A DNA stretch of 64,000 bases from Eledone cirrhosa (GCA_964016885.1 OZ024743.1:252774001-252838000), one strand, 5' to 3'. Counted from the stretch's first letter, positions 39,864 through 54,446 are shown. The notes: generated from the letters alone by a model not told the origin. Translations and numbers: made by a program.

Positions 39864-41620
39864 TTTTAGGTACCATAACAATAATTCCCGGCTTCTAGGA
39901 TCTAGAAGATAGGGCTACACAAAGTTCAGTTTTAAATCTAGAATATTTTTCTCTACATAATTTCGTTGATCAGTATAAATCCCACATTTAGATTCTCCAA
40001 CTGATTTCTACAGATGATCGTATATGTGTGCAAGATGGGGAAACTATATCAATACATATATTATATTATTTAATAATGTTCATAAACGGAACAAAAACGC
40101 TACCCAAGGCTTCAAGGCCCAATATTCACAGGATGCCGGTGTGGTAAAATGGTGGGCATTGTTACCTTGGATAGCGCTTTTGTTCTTTGCATTAACATTA
40201 ATAAATAATACAATATTTCTGCTCCCTTATCGATTGTGCAACGTATTCCTTTTCTTTTTCGCACCTACGGGTATTGCTATATATAAATACACAAAGAACA
40301 AATATTAACAAGTATTTTAATTAAAGCATTTAAAGGATTTACGACAACGTCATTAAACTAACAAGAATATTCTATCCCTATTAGAATAACTCCTCAGAAT
40401 CGATCAAATACAAATAAATAAATACCTTCATGTTCAAGAATTCAAGTGAAAGGGCGAAAAACGTACACAAAGGCATTTAAATATTGTTGGAAAAACGTTA
40501 AAATTTATGGAAACCAAAAGACGTAATTCAAATTTATCAGTGATAATAAATAAAATATAGCGATCAGTAATTATAGATATTTTAGGAACTACCAGGCATT
40601 GATACACATATACTACTCACTAAATTACAGTTAGGGGTATACGTTCAATTACTCATATTAATTGAAGTTACAGAATTAATTTATACTATGTGTCCTGACT
40701 GTTTGTTCGTCCGTCTCGAGAACAGAGAAGGAAATAGATAGGATGATAAAAAAAGATGATGTCAAAATACGTTTTTTCTTTGTTTTGTTTTTTTCAATAA
40801 GTGTGTGTATGGAATGTGATTGCTATGCACTTAAAATTCCCGACTTTCTAATAGAAACTCGGTTATTCATATAGTAACGGCTCACTAACTCCACCTTCCC
40901 AGCGGCAACTACTGTTTAATATTTATTTGGCCGTATAGATATGTTAATTACATTTGGAGGTGTATGCGGATTATCAGAAAAAGTACTATATTACTTACTT
41001 TACCATGTTGTACTTTTTTAACCCCTACTTTACCCCACTCATTATTTGATTGTACAAAGAGGTCAATTTATAGGGGATTTCTTTAAATGTAATTAGTTGT
41101 TTAAAAGGAAAATTATGGAAACTGAAAAATTATTATATTATGTATGTTCAGTTGTTTTCTTTATTTTAAAAGGAGTTATATTTATTCTGATTCTGGAATA
41201 GAAATGTTTAATGTCCACCACGATTGCATCAGTGACAGACTTTCTAGTGGCCCCTACGTGATTCTAATAGCAAGCTTCAACATATTCTTAGAAGTATATG
41301 AGTATTCTGTTGCATATTTCAAATATGCAGATGTTTATCTTTAAATATTTGTGCATGTACATCGTTACTTTACATTTATGTGAAATTTAGTATATTTCAC
41401 ATTGCTTTATTAAATTTGAAATTTGTAAAACTAATTGAACAATAATAATAAATAACAATACATTTTAACATAAACTTATATAGAACTCAGCTTTTTTTAC
41501 AAAATAAAATTGCCTCTTTGTCATTCGTGCATATCTAGATGCTTCGGAAAAAATGAGCCTACACTGAATCTTTCAGCAGGAAAATCATTGAGAACATATT
41601 TCAAACGGGTTAACGAGTAT

Positions 41621-41806
41621 GCGGTGGATTGGCAGTATCGGTAGAGGGTCGGACGCCATGCTTTCCAGCATAGTTACCATCCTTTACGACCTGAGTTCAA
41701 ATCCCGCCGAGGTTGACTTTGCCTTTCATCCTTACGGGGTCGATAAAATAAAGTACCAGTAATGCACTGGGTAATTTGCTTGCCTTGTGCCTAAAGTAGA
41801 AACAAT
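41621..41806 (+). mobile_element. SINE family A
   Basis: TGGCAGTATCGG (box A), GAGTTCAAATCC (box B), GCCTTTCATCCTTACGGGGTCGATAAAA. Confidence 0.9.
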
Positions 41807-42099
41807 TAAAAGAATATACTAAGAGAAATAATACAAATTTATGGAAGCATACATTGGTAAGAAAGATATCTATAACAAACTTAAGTTTGGGTGATTAAGA
41901 AACGTTTAAGAACTTAAGATCTAGTTACAGATGAGACTATTTTCAAAATAAAATATAGCCTATAATATAGTATTATTTTTTTTTAAAATGATCAGACACA
42001 TTCATATATATATATACTCTCATAAATATGCACACACAGAGAAACATATATATGTGTGTGTGTGAGTGTTACTATATGTTATAATAGTAGAATACTGGT

Positions 42100-43660
42100 G
42101 GGTTATATCCGTAGAAGTAGAGTACTCTTCAATCCATGGGATGAGTTTGGTAGAAGTAGTTCCACGACAGTTAATTTGCCATTTCCGAGAACAATTGTTT
42201 CAACTTAGTCGGATCATCAGCTCGGTTTAAATGAGATTTTACGGACAAAGAAAACAATTTTACGAATACGCATGTGCAGAATAAGTCACTTCTCAAAGGG
42301 GAGGTAACCTACATTAGATCGATGGATGGAAATAACTGTGGAAACTTAGAATAATAATAGATTATTCATGTTATTCAGTCCAGAACGTAATAGATTATTT
42401 ATGTTAGTCAGTCTGGTGCCTTGTAATTTGTAATTACGTAATAGATGTTCCCAAACATGTGGACAACGCGAGAATAGCTCATTTCTTGAATTTAGACAAA
42501 CGCTATTACGCCAACTCGTCAGGGTATGGGTTTTTTCTTCAATGCACAGCCCACAAGATGGATTAGCATTTCCGTATGGCTTAGACTTAATGACTTTTCA
42601 TTGAATGGAGTAATGCACGCCTGCGTCCTCGAAGGACCATATGTGGCTCGTGAGCTTCGTGGTCGATCGTTTGTCTGGGTATCTGAATGTTGACAGATGA
42701 TTCAGGAAGCGTCCTTTAAACCGGGCCTCCACCAGACCTATATAGGATTTGACCTCTTGCTGTTGATTTGGTCGGTTATAATTGACCACAGCTTCCTAAA
42801 TTACAGCGGGTATAATATACTGTTGTTGAAGGGGATTCTGCTCTTAGGGTTGTTGGTGATGTGGGCCTTCATATTCTTAGCACAGGAGTACCCTAGTTTC
42901 GCCTTGCGTCTGTTGAAAATGGAGCGATATTTATGAACTATGGGGTATTGTTTATCCGAGAGAGCTAAAAGTCTGCTACCTACATTAGTTTTAACGTTGA
43001 GTGAGAAGGGGGAAGAGAACCAAATTATTTTTCTGTTAGCATGATTTCATGTTCTATTGTTGTTGGCGTTAGTAGGGGAGTAAGCAATTGGTTGTGAGAA
43101 GCCGCTGTTAGAAAACGCCGCGTTGTAATAGGGTGCCGCTCTGTCAAACATTGTTTTATTAGAAGAGAGGTTAGAGATTCTAGTGTCGATATTTTTCACG
43201 AAGTTTCTAAACTGAAGGTGGGCGGCATGCGTCCTTATGTATGTAATTTAGTTTTTCATTTAGTTTATGATAGGGTCTAAAGGTATGTGTGAAGATCTGA
43301 ATTTATGTCTAAGTAATCTACGCTAGTAAGGTTAGTAGCTACTGTTCCCCTAAATCCTAACTCATTAAATGTTGCAATTAAATCTTTTTTAAAATAGTCC
43401 ACTTCGTGACCAATTTTATGGATCGGGAGGATCAGACCATCGTCGCGGTAAAAGCCCGTGTGGAAGTCTGGGAATATAGTTCGTAACGTATCTATAATCA
43501 ATAAGCCAACCAAGTCGCATATATCAGCACTATCGAATGATCACATTGATACGTCGAATAGTTCTGAAGTAGTTGACTTCTTTGTCCAGGCTACTCCACT
43601 ATTGAAGAGGAGGATTTTCCGGCAATGTGCAATGTTCTCCCTGTCTAAATAATTGACATC
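42100..43660 (-). mobile_element. Naiad-like Penelope element, 5'-truncated and pseudogenised (RT plus GIY-YIG)
   Basis: FDVSM*SFDSADICDLVG, GFYRDDGL, VDYLDI, KIIWFSSPFSLNVKTNVG, SYIGLVEARFKGRFLNH, CGLCIEEK, CLNSRNELFSRCPH. Confidence 0.9.
42185..42225 (-). ncRNA. Minimal type I hammerhead ribozyme
   Basis: Minus strand CCGAG-CTGATGA-TCCGACTAAGTT-GAAA-CAATTG-TT-CTCGG: perfect 5-bp stem I, palindromic stem III, GUU site; ~200 nt after the PLE ORF end. Confidence 0.85.
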
Positions 43661-43739
43661 TATATATATATATATATATATATATATCGTTTTTGAATTT
43701 GTTTTGCAAGATTTCGTATCTGAAAGCGTGTGTTGAAAC

Positions 43740-43970
43740 ATATATTGTTATACTTTGGGAAGGTTAGGGTGCCAATAAAAATGTATGCACCTGTTGGTTT
43801 TCACTTCAATTTATTATAAATTTCCGGTTGGTTGGTTCAATAACCGGATGGTTTTTAATATATTGTTTAAGCAACCAGCCAACTGGACATTTATAATAAA
43901 TTGAAGTGAAAACTAACAGGTGCATGTGTTTTTATTGGCAGCATGACCCTCCCAAAGTATAACAATATAT
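43740..43970. repeat. Inverted repeat, ~100-bp arms
   Basis: ATATATTGTTATACTTTGGGA...TTCACTTCAATTTATTATAAAT pairs with ATTTATAATAAATTGAAGTGAA...TCCCAAAGTATAACAATATAT. Confidence 0.9.
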
Positions 43971-44138
43971 ATATATTTTTTTTTTTCTTTTCAATGTCTA
44001 ACAATACCTTACCGGCGCCACTCAAATAAGGTAGTTATTTAACTCATAAATGGGGCCCTAACAGGTACTACTACTCCGGGCCAGAGCAGATCTGGGAGTT
44101 ATGACAACTAAGGGGTAACACCACATTCCCCATAGCTC

Positions 44139-44172
<34 letters not shown>

Positions 44173-45282
44173 TTATATATATTATGTATAGTTGTGTGTG
44201 TATATCCATATATACATAAAATTGTTGAAATTTAAATAATAATTATTGCAGTAAAAAGACAATAGTTTCTAATTTAGGTTCATGGCCAGCAATTTGTTGG
44301 TGAACAGAAAATAGATTAAGCTAGTGTTTAGAACATAACTTAAAGTGCCATACATACAAGTACAACAAAATGTTTTTAGATAAATATAAATACCTTCAAA
44401 TAAACAATTTTTTATCATAGAACCAGGGATAGGTAGTCAGCTTCATATAAAATAGGTTAATGATGTTTTTGGTACAAATAGGGACAAATAGTAAATTAAA
44501 GATGGCCAGTGTTGTGTGCATAATATCTTTTCTATTCTAGACAAACCCTTTATAGAAACATATGAGACTGTTGAGATAGAGATAGAGAAGGAGATCAATA
44601 GAGGAGAGAAAGAGAGCAATAGGGGGATGGGAGTTGGAGAAGATGGAGGGAAGGGGTAAGAGAGAAAGATAGACTGAAACAAATCAATAGAACCCATATA
44701 TTTGTCAGTCTACTAATATACTGTTTCTTAATCATAACTCAAGAATACATTTTGTGTAAGATCATTTATCATTCCTACAAAACGTTTAAACATTTTATAA
44801 CAAGTAAATTATATATATGCATATATATACACACACAAATGAATATCTATCTTTAAAATGCTTTGTTTTAAATCAAACATAAATCATAAATCATACCATT
44901 CTATCATCCTATTTCTGTGTTTAGACAGCTGAATGAAAATTAACATTTTTAATAAAGGTTTTACACTTGGCAATAAATATGAATTTTATCACACTTCTAT
45001 TACTGTACGTGTTACTGTGTTATATCTAAGTAAAGTGAAGTCGATGCAAACATAAGACTGAACCAAGGAAACAATGATTCCATTGGTCCTTCCATTGCTG
45101 ATACAACTTTTGGTAGAATGAGGTAGGATTTAAACTCAGAATGCTCAGGATCAGAATGGATACAAAAATGCACTCTTATTAATTTGATGCAAGCTCTTTG
45201 GACAAATGAATGGTTTTGAGAATAAGTAGTTCCTTTCTTTTGACTCCACCTCCTTTGTTGTGTGCCCATATTCTGAATATAT

Positions 45283-45470
45283 TGATTTCTTACTTAGGCA
45301 CAAGGATAGCAAACTTTGTTGAAGGGTAAAATTGATTAAATCAACAATACATGATTACAACTCTATTGTATCTAGCTTAGAAGAATGAGAGGTAAAGTTG
45401 ACCTTGGTGGGATTTGAACCAGGATAAATACTGCAAAGCATTTTATCCAATGTTCTACCAATTCACCCTT
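45283..45470 (-). mobile_element. Degenerate SINE family A copy
   Basis: TTTCTTACTTAGGCACAAGG...GGTAAAGTTGACCTTGGTGGGATTTGAACC. Confidence 0.7.
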
Positions 45471-46599
45471 TATAAACCCTAGTATATTAAATTAAAAGCA
45501 AACAGCCTGAAAACATTCCTGGTTCTATGATATAAAGCATTTGTTTTAAAGTGTTCATTTTTAGATTTGAAATTACTTAAAATTGAAAGATTTTTTTTTA
45601 TTTTTTATAAATTCATCAACATTTTTATATTATTTTAAAAATTAATTAAAATCCCAAGTAGTATATATTCATTAGAAATTTGTTTTAAACCTTCCACCAA
45701 CATTTTGTGATAGTACCTTTGTTAATTTAGATTCCAGACACCAGATGCTTAAAACTTGTGTTACTAAAAACCTGGTATTAGGATTCAAAACTGCTTGTTT
45801 TAAAGAGTTTATTTTTATTTAAAAACTTGAGTTTGTTATTTTACTAAATCCATCAAATCTTTGATTATTTTTTATAGGCTGTTTATATTTCATAAGACAT
45901 ATGGCTATGACTGGGTTGAATGGGAATTGAAACTGTCCTAAAGATCCCCATATTCATTAATATCTGATAACTTTCACAACTTGAGTTACGATATATGAAC
46001 TTAAACACGATCAAAATACTATTTTCATTTCGTAAATGCTACTATTTATTTTATACTCAAAACATAAATAACAAAATATCAATTGAAGCAAAATGTTACT
46101 TAAGTTATATAGCCACACCTTATCACAGTTTAAAGCAAGTTGAGATTTATTTGCAATGAAATCTGATAGAAATAGGTAAATGTTCTCTGGTATTAATACC
46201 ATAAGTCTAAACTTAGGAGAGAAAAAATTATAAGCTGACGTTCACATAGAATTTTAATTTTATACTAACAGAATACGGCAGAATAAGGTTTCATTATCAG
46301 TTTACAAGGCAGTTGAAGTTAATCTTACTTCTATATGATAAGAAAATAAATAAAAATATTCCTTGTAGATAAAATATTTCTTTTATTTCGTTTTGTCTAT
46401 CTGCTGATCTTTCAAACAAAAGGTATTAAGTTTACTGTAATCTAAATCACTAAAAATATGTGTCACATGAACATAGATCATTAAATGTAATATCTCAACA
46501 AAATAATTAATTGAGTTGTTAAGTTTTCAGAAATCTCTCCCTCATACACATACACACATACACATACATACATAGGTATATATATATAACTAAGAACAT

Positions 46600-47639
46600 A
46601 GATTTTACATGTGGCCGGTGTTCTGGTGCAATAAGTAGCAGCAAGTGCCCACAAAATACTAGCTCTTTCAATTGCGCAGAGGGTTCTATAGAAATAGTGG
46701 ACAGCTTCCGTTACCTGGGCGATAAAATCAGCAGTGGGGGAGGGTGCTCTGAAAGTACTGTAGCTAGAGTCAGAACTGGTTGGAAAAAGTTCAGAGAGCT
46801 TATACCACTATTAGCTGCCAAAGGGTTCTCCCTAAAAATGAAAGGCAGGTTGTACGATGCCTGCATACGAACAGCAATGTTGCATGGTAGTGAGACCTGG
46901 GCATTGTGTGCAGAGGATATACGCAGACTAGAGAGGAACGAAGCTTGCATGCTCCGCTGGATGTGTAACAGTAATATACGTGAAAGGCAAAGCATAAACG
47001 AACTAAGGAAAAAATTAGAGATAAGAGGGATCAGATGTTGTTTACTCGAGAGAAGGCTGCGTTGGTATGGACACGTGATGCGCATGAAAGTCGATAGCTG
47101 TATAACAAAGTGCAGGGCAATAAAGATAGACGGTAGCCACGGAATAGGCAGACCTAGAAAAACATGGGATGAGCTGATAAACTCCGACCTCACACACTTA
47201 CACCTCTCCAAGACAATGTCACTGGACCGAGACCTTTGGCGGTACTCAGTAACAGAGAAGACCCGCCTTGCCAGTAGGCATCTCTAACAAAATACACCCC
47301 GTCCCGCCACCACCCCCACCCCATCCACACCACCCCGTTCTATGTAAAGTTATGTTGGTGCCGCGCCATCCAGGCCGAAACAAATGAGATCGTGTAGGTG
47401 TCACGACAAAAAAACACACAGTCCACGCTGTAATGTGGCCGTGTAGGCAACACGGTAAAAACCTCCCAGACCCACACTGTAAATGTGGTTGGTGTTAGGA
47501 AGGGCATCCAACTGTAGAAAACCTGCCAGACAGTCCTATGCGAGCAAGACAATCACTCTTGCCTCAAGTGGGACTACCTCCGTCCAAACCCATGCAAGCG
47601 TGGAACACGGACGTTAAACGTTGATGATGATGATGATGA

Positions 47640-47643
<4 letters not shown>
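46600..47643 (+). mobile_element. 5'-truncated RTE LINE (C-terminal ORF, long UTR, (GAT)n tail)
   Basis: ORF 46697-47287 is homologous to the C-terminus of the 55480 ORF; the tail is followed by (TA)n. Confidence 0.93.
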
Positions 47644-47687
<44 letters not shown>

Positions 47688-47708
47688 ACATATATGTATA
47701 TATATATG

Positions 47709-47980
47709 AAATTTATGGGAAAATTAAAACTTCATTGCATTTTTTACTATAATGAAATAGTCAAAATATTAGGGCATATAAGTCCCCTTACAGGAGAAGT
47801 TGGAGATTAGCACCTGCAGGACATGAACTTACATTTTCATTTTTGTTGGGCAGAAATGCTTTTCTATTACAGGCGCTAATGTCCAATTTTCTTCCAATTA
47901 AGGGGCATATATGCCCTTTTATTTAGACTATTTCATGATAGAAAAATAATTTTTTGAATCTTTAATTTTCCTATAAGCTT
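47709..47980. repeat. Diverged inverted repeat, ~100-bp arms
   Basis: ATGAAATAGTC...AGGGCATATA...TTGGAGATTAGCACCTG pairs with CAGGCGCTAATGTCCAA...TATATGCCCT...GACTATTTCAT. Confidence 0.85.
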
Positions 47981-48011
47981 CAAAGTTTTCTCATCATATC
48001 TAAACACATGT

Positions 48012-48080
<69 letters not shown>

Positions 48081-48349
48081 CATATATATATAATGTTTGG
48101 GATTCAGTGAATTACTGGTGGTGGTTGGTACCAAAACAGTCTGGCACTGCAACAAAAAATATAGTGTTTTTTGTTGCATTGTCTGTGTGAAGAGCAGATC
48201 AATAATGGAGTTGGGTCCATAACTTCTATGGGTGACCCTGAGCCAATCCTCTTGTGAAACACATGTAATATGTTGATACACAATAAAAATCTAAATACAT
48301 GTAAATGAAACTTCATCATTCTTATTAATGTATATATACATATATATGA

Positions 48350-50559
48350 TGAAACAGAAGACGATTTAGAGTCGCATGACATAGATGATAACTGGAATTT
48401 CTTACATGACAACTTACTGCAGGCTAGTGATGAAACTTGTGGCTGGACCAAAGCTCCAGCCAGACAGAGAGTGACCTAGTAGTGGAACAGCACGGTAGAT
48501 AGGACCATTTGAGACAAAAGATTAGCATGGAAGGCTTGGAAAAAGGGTGGGAGTAGGGAAGGATATACAGCCGCTAAGAGAGAAGCTAGACGTCAGGTGT
48601 ATTTAGCACGCAGGGAGGCTGAGAGTAGGAGGTTTGCCAATGTTCTGTGATGGGAATATCAGAGACGTATGATGTTCCACATTGCAAGGCAGTGTGTCAA
48701 TGCAAATCAGGATATTGTTGGAGATAAGTGTGTCCGGAATGATCCCGGTGTACTTAATGTCACGAATAATCAGAAAAATGAGGCCTGGAAATGTCATGAG
48801 AGACTGATGAATGTGGAGAACGAATGGGAGAGAGAGAAATTACCCTCAGTTGATCCGACGTAGGGACTAGCTATTGAGATTGACGAGTATACGGTCCAAG
48901 AGGTGATTAAGGAAATGAAATATGGTAAGGCCGCTGGATCGTCGGTGATAGTTGCTGAGATGCTGAAGGCATCAGGGGACGTAGGCACTAAACTGGTTGC
49001 ATGCATCATCAATCATGCTATATATGGCAGTGTCATACCCAAAGACTGGTGCAGCAGTATTCTCATAAATTGCTACAAAGGTAAAGGGGATGCTCTGGAG
49101 AAGAGCAATTATAGGGGTATAAAACTGATGGATCAGGTTATGAAGGTGGCAGAAAGGATATTAGCACAACTAATTAGAGAAAGGGTCAAATTAGATGAGA
49201 TGCAGTTTGGTTTTGTGCCTGGAAAAAGTACTACAGATGCCCTCTTCTTGGTGAGACAATTACAAGAGAGAAGAATAAGCCATTATACTTAGCTTTTGTT
49301 GACCTAGAGAAGGCCTTTGATAGGGTACCTCAATCTGTCATCTGGTGGTCCCTAAGGAAACTAGGTGTTGAGGAATGGCTTGTGAGGACAGTGCAAACTT
49401 TGTACAGGGGTGCTGTCAGTAAAGTAAGGGTAGGAATGGAGTTTAGTGAGGAATTCCAGATACAAGTAGGAGTACATCAGGGTTCAGTCCTCAGCCTGCT
49501 CTTGCTCATTATAGTCCCCCAAGCCATAACAGAGGAGTTTAAGACTGGCTGTCCATGGGAACTTCTCTATGCTGACGATCTGGTTCTTATAGCAGAATCA
49601 GTAGAGGAGCTAGAGAATAAATTCTGGCTATGGAAACAGCAGTTGGAATCAAGACAACTGAAAGTGAACCTAACTAAGACAAAAGTGTTGATGAGTAGAA
49701 AAGAGAACAAAACTCTGATTCCGTCAGGGAAATGGCCATGTTCGATATGCAGAAAAGGAACTGGCATAAATTCTATAGAATGCACACAATGCAGATCTTG
49801 GGTACACAAGAGATGTAGTGGGATAGCAGGCAAACTAACAGATAGGGAGAAATATGTATGCAGTAGATGTACAGGAAAATTAGACAGAAGAAGTGACATT
49901 GATAGACAGATTTTTCAAATGCAGGTGGGTGCTATAGAAGTGGTTGATAGCTTCCGCTACCTAGGAGATCAGATTAGCATGGGAGGGGTGTTCCGAGGCC
50001 ATAGTATCTAGAATAATGACAGGTTGGAAGAAATTTAGGGAGCTGCTTCCTCTGCTGACGAAGAAGGGTTTCTCCCTGCCTACGAAAGGACAGTTATATG
50101 ATACCTGTGTGAGGAGCGCGATGCTGCATGGTAGTGAGACATGGGCAGCAACTGCAGAGGATATGCAATGGCTGGAGTGAAATGAGGCAAACATGCTCCA
50201 TTGGATGTGCAATGTCAATGTGGATGAACGACTGTGCATGGATGTGTTGAGAGAGAAACTGGGTCTGAGAGGGATAGATTGTAATGTGTGAGAGAGGAGA
50301 CTGCGATAGTATGGACATGTGATGTGCATGGAGGATGACCGATGGGTGAAGAACTGCCAGGTAATGCCAGTTGAAGGAAGACGTGGTAGAGGTAGACCAC
50401 GAAAAACATGGGCGGAGGTGGTGAGAGCAGACCACAGATCACTGAACCTCAGAGTGGAGATGATGAAGGACTGTGACAAGTGGAGAGATGCTGTGCTGAA
50501 TAGGACCCGTCCTACCCTTGCAAGCAGGGAAAAGCAGACGTAAAGTGATGATGATGATG
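48350..50559 (+). mobile_element. Degenerate 5'-truncated RTE LINE (short-UTR subfamily)
   Basis: ORFs 48669, 48903, 49382 (LLYADD, Cys-rich insert) and 50319 are colinear RT pieces with stops and frameshifts; (GAT)n tail. Confidence 0.93.
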
Positions 50560-51334
50560 ATATATACATACATGCATATATGTACACACACATACATAAC
50601 ATATACAGTATATATATATACATATATGTATATATACATATACTGTATATATATATACATATATATATATACGTACATATATATACACACATGCATATAT
50701 GTACACACTCATATATAACATACATATATATATATATATGTGTATACATACACATGCGTGTACACATACATATATATTTACAATATAGTTTCAATATTAA
50801 TAAAGGCGTTAATCGTCTTATATTTAGATTATATGTATATGGAAGGAAATTGCCGAATCAAAGAGATTTTGTATCTAACCAAGACATCAGAGGAGAAATA
50901 CTTTACTTGAAACCTGCCAACGTTCTCTCAATAATCTCTTTGACTCAATCCTCTGATAAGCAATTCTATATTTAAAACTTTGTAATATGAAAATAAACGC
51001 CTCAAACTCAAACAGTTGAAAAATATGAAGGTAAATATTTAGGATCAGGAAGAATAAGCAGAATTGAAACTTCAAACAGGTTTATATCTTTTAAAAGTCA
51101 TCCTTCTCTTTACTTTAAATGTTACAAATCCCCAAGATTTTAGTTCAAAGTCATCATTTCAAATGTACATCCATTATGTGATAGTGTTTGTTGGATATGT
51201 GTATAAGTCAGGTTTCTAATAGATATCTGCATGTGAGAAAAGTTTAGGAATCTTTTCTGAAAGATGAAAAATTTATGGCAATCTGCACCTTGGACGATTT
51301 AGAATAGTGCTTTTTCTATTTTGAGGATGAGGTT

Positions 51335-51815
51335 CATCAACATGATCACACTTTAATGTCTATTTTTTCATGTTTGCTTGGGTAAGATGGGGTGTCACGT
51401 ACTGTAGTTGAACTGGTTAGGTAAACACCTCTAGCTTACATGCTCCATTTTTGGCTTGGTGTCTATGTTTGTGTGTTATTCCTAATGCCAACCAGTTTAC
51501 AGTTTGTACTGAGAGAATTGTATCATGATGCCAGCACTATCAACTTACAAGGTGGACTGTGTGCTTTGTCATTGCACCAACACAGTCACCATTCAATGAA
51601 GATTTTGTGGTCTGTCGTGGTGCCAGTAATACAACATTACAGGGGGAATTGTGTACTCACTTACAGGTTGAATGGTGATGCTTTTTATTGTGGCACCATC
51701 ACTACCTCCTTACAAGATGGACTAAGTGTTTTATGTTGTGGCACCAACACTACTACCTTCCAGATTGGACTTGATATTTTTATCATAGCACCAACACTAG
51801 GCAGCAGTTCATGTG
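51335..51815 (-). mobile_element. Old RTE 3' end with ~7 tandem UTR units
   Basis: TTTAATGTCTATTTTTTCATGTTTGCTTGGG tail, then repeated TTACA..GTGGACT...GTGGCACCA units. Confidence 0.65.
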
Positions 51816-52193
51816 AGTGGGAGTGGCATTGAAGAGAATGAACAGTTTTTGGTGGTACATTGTTAGACATGCCTGTCTGTCCATGCTGGCATGGGTCAAG
51901 CAGGTAAATTGAATCAGATATGGTTGGGAGTAAGTAGTACATATTTGTTCCATATTAACATATGTTAGACAAGGATTGTTAATTGGCGATGTTAAACCAG
52001 CAAAACCTGATTAAAGATTTTTGGTTTGAGAATCTGTGTTAAAATATACAACAAAAAGTAAATATTCAATTGATATTTTTATATTAAATAAAATTATCAG
52101 ATGATTCACAATTTTCTAATGAAGTAGGGAACATTAGAAATTAAAATAGAGTTAAGGAATACACACACAGAAGCATATGAATATATGTAAATA

Positions 52194-52266
<73 letters not shown>

Positions 52267-53988
52267 GGAATATAAATAAATAATGTATATATATGTAGAG
52301 GAGAGCAAGAGAGAGAGAGAGAGAGAGTGTCTATAGTGCTGAGATCAAAGAGGCCACAAATCATGGGAGTACTCAATACATGGGGAGCTGCAGTGTGGCT
52401 ATAGAAATAATTATAATCCCAACCACAGTACCGGGGTCAGGATTATACTGTTCTCTCTCTCTATATATATATACTTATATATATATATATATGAATATAT
52501 GTGGGGTGGGGGTGGGGGGGAGGGATTCCAGGCTACCAACATTTTCTTTCTCCAAACTTTGCTCCTTCTTGATGAAGGATTAATACTCTTTTTCTTTGTT
52601 GTTTTCTTTTCCGCTCTAAAATTATTCATCTCACTATCCCTCACTTGCTGATGTTCACCTACTATCAGGTCACCTATTTGGCCTTTAAGCCATGATATCT
52701 GGTAGCTGTTAGTCATGCTTTGTCTTTGTGCCATGGCTCATTGAAGAAAGTCAATTTTCCCCTGCTTCTAGTGTTTTCCACACATACATGTACTGATTGT
52801 TTTCCATTTACTTCTAGTAATAATTTTGTACGTATTTATCTCTCTTTTTTCGAAAAACTACTGTAAATTTGTTAGTCCATTCTTTGTTTTGTTTTGTTAT
52901 TGTCTCACATGCATCCCACCAACAGATCAATAATGTTGATCTGTAGCACAAACTGGTATCACATTTGCTGAAAACACAACAATGACAAAATTAATGTGTG
53001 AAACTGTATTGCCAGCAAAGTGGCTGATGAGGTAAGGTTGCAACTGTCATTTGGCCTGTGTAACTATGTGCATTTTCTGATACTGTATTTAAATATATCC
53101 ATGCCAACATGCATCTACTGTGACATTTATATATAGAGAGAGGGTGTCCCCCCAAAATGTATACACACTTCAACAGCATTCTAATAAATATTGCCTGTAT
53201 AGGGTAAGTGTGTATATATGTTTGGAGGACACCATGTATGTATATGTGCACACACACACATTCATGATGCTTTTATTTTTGTTATTTTTTCCGCAAATGT
53301 AATAGCAGAAAGTAATTATAAAAGAAAAAATAATAATAATAAAGTAAAATATGTCAATGATTCCCCCCCAATATTCCAATATATTTAAAATAATAATAGA
53401 TCCCCTGCAGCCATTGCAATGTTGCTAGAATCAGTTCAAGCACCACATGTAAATTGAGAAGATGAAATATCTAACAATTTATCAGCGGAAGGAGGAAAAG
53501 TTGTATTTCCTCAAGTAATAAAAACACTTTGTGCTTTAAAGATAAAATATACCCATTCCATTTTTATGGGAAATGTATATGTTTCGATCTTAGAAAATAC
53601 TGAATGAATTCCAAAATATAATTTAAATGATTAACAGAAGGAAACGATTTTCAGTGTTATGTTTTAAACAACCGCAACTACAGAATAAATTTGAATGTTA
53701 TACTTTAAACAATCTTTATAACAGCATGAATATTGTCAAGATTTATACATTATAATATCGAAATGAATTATTGATGCCTTAAAAAAGCATTGTATGTGTG
53801 TAGGAACCTGTAACATCTGACAGAGATATAGGGACTCCACAATGACATTTTAAACATGCTGGACTCATCCCTTCTCCAGAAGGTTGTTTGTGTATTATTG
53901 GAGAATATTCTCCCACACTCTGAAGGTATATACCCTTGTGGTAGCAATGGTGGTTGTCTGTGTATTACTGGAGAGTGTTCTCCTACAC

Positions 53989-54446
53989 CAGGGGTCGGCA
54001 ACCTACTGCTTGCGAAGGGATTTTTACCGGCCCACGAGAACTGATGCCCAATGAGTTGTATATTTAAAATTTTAAATGAGGGATGAGACTTTCGAATACA
54101 ATAAAAGGTCTGCTCTTACATTTTTCCACAAATCTTCTGATTCACTCTACCTAATGTCCACCACCAACCGGATGTGAACGCTTTGACAGCAAAAACACAA
54201 TTAAAAATTGTGCTACATATTTTTAATATTTTTTAAACAAATGATTCCAACAATGCCTTAAATTGAATAAATGATGTTTTTCCATTAGTACATTCATCTG
54301 TGGTTAATACAAATTATTTTAAAGTATAGTCAACAATCGTGATGAAATTTTAGCTTGTGTAAGTTTCCATAATTATTCTTTTATGGCCACTATCTGTCAT
54401 TAATACTCAATCCGGCCTGTGGAGGCAAAGAAGTTGCTGACCCCTA
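53989..54446. mobile_element. hAT-type MITE (~458 bp)
   Basis: TIRs CAGGGGTCGGCAACCT / AAGTTGCTGACCCCTA; 8-bp TSD TCCTACAC / CCCTACAC; subterminal CCGGCC motifs. Confidence 0.85.

Noticed and set aside
40365-40400. Minus-strand CTGAGGA followed by a TATTCTA/TAGAATA stem
   Set aside because: No GAAA box or stem III after the stem, so not a hammerhead.
41621-41715. tRNA-like box A/box B
   Set aside because: Continues into a SINE body shared by several copies and gives no convincing cloverleaf; called as a SINE, not a tRNA gene.
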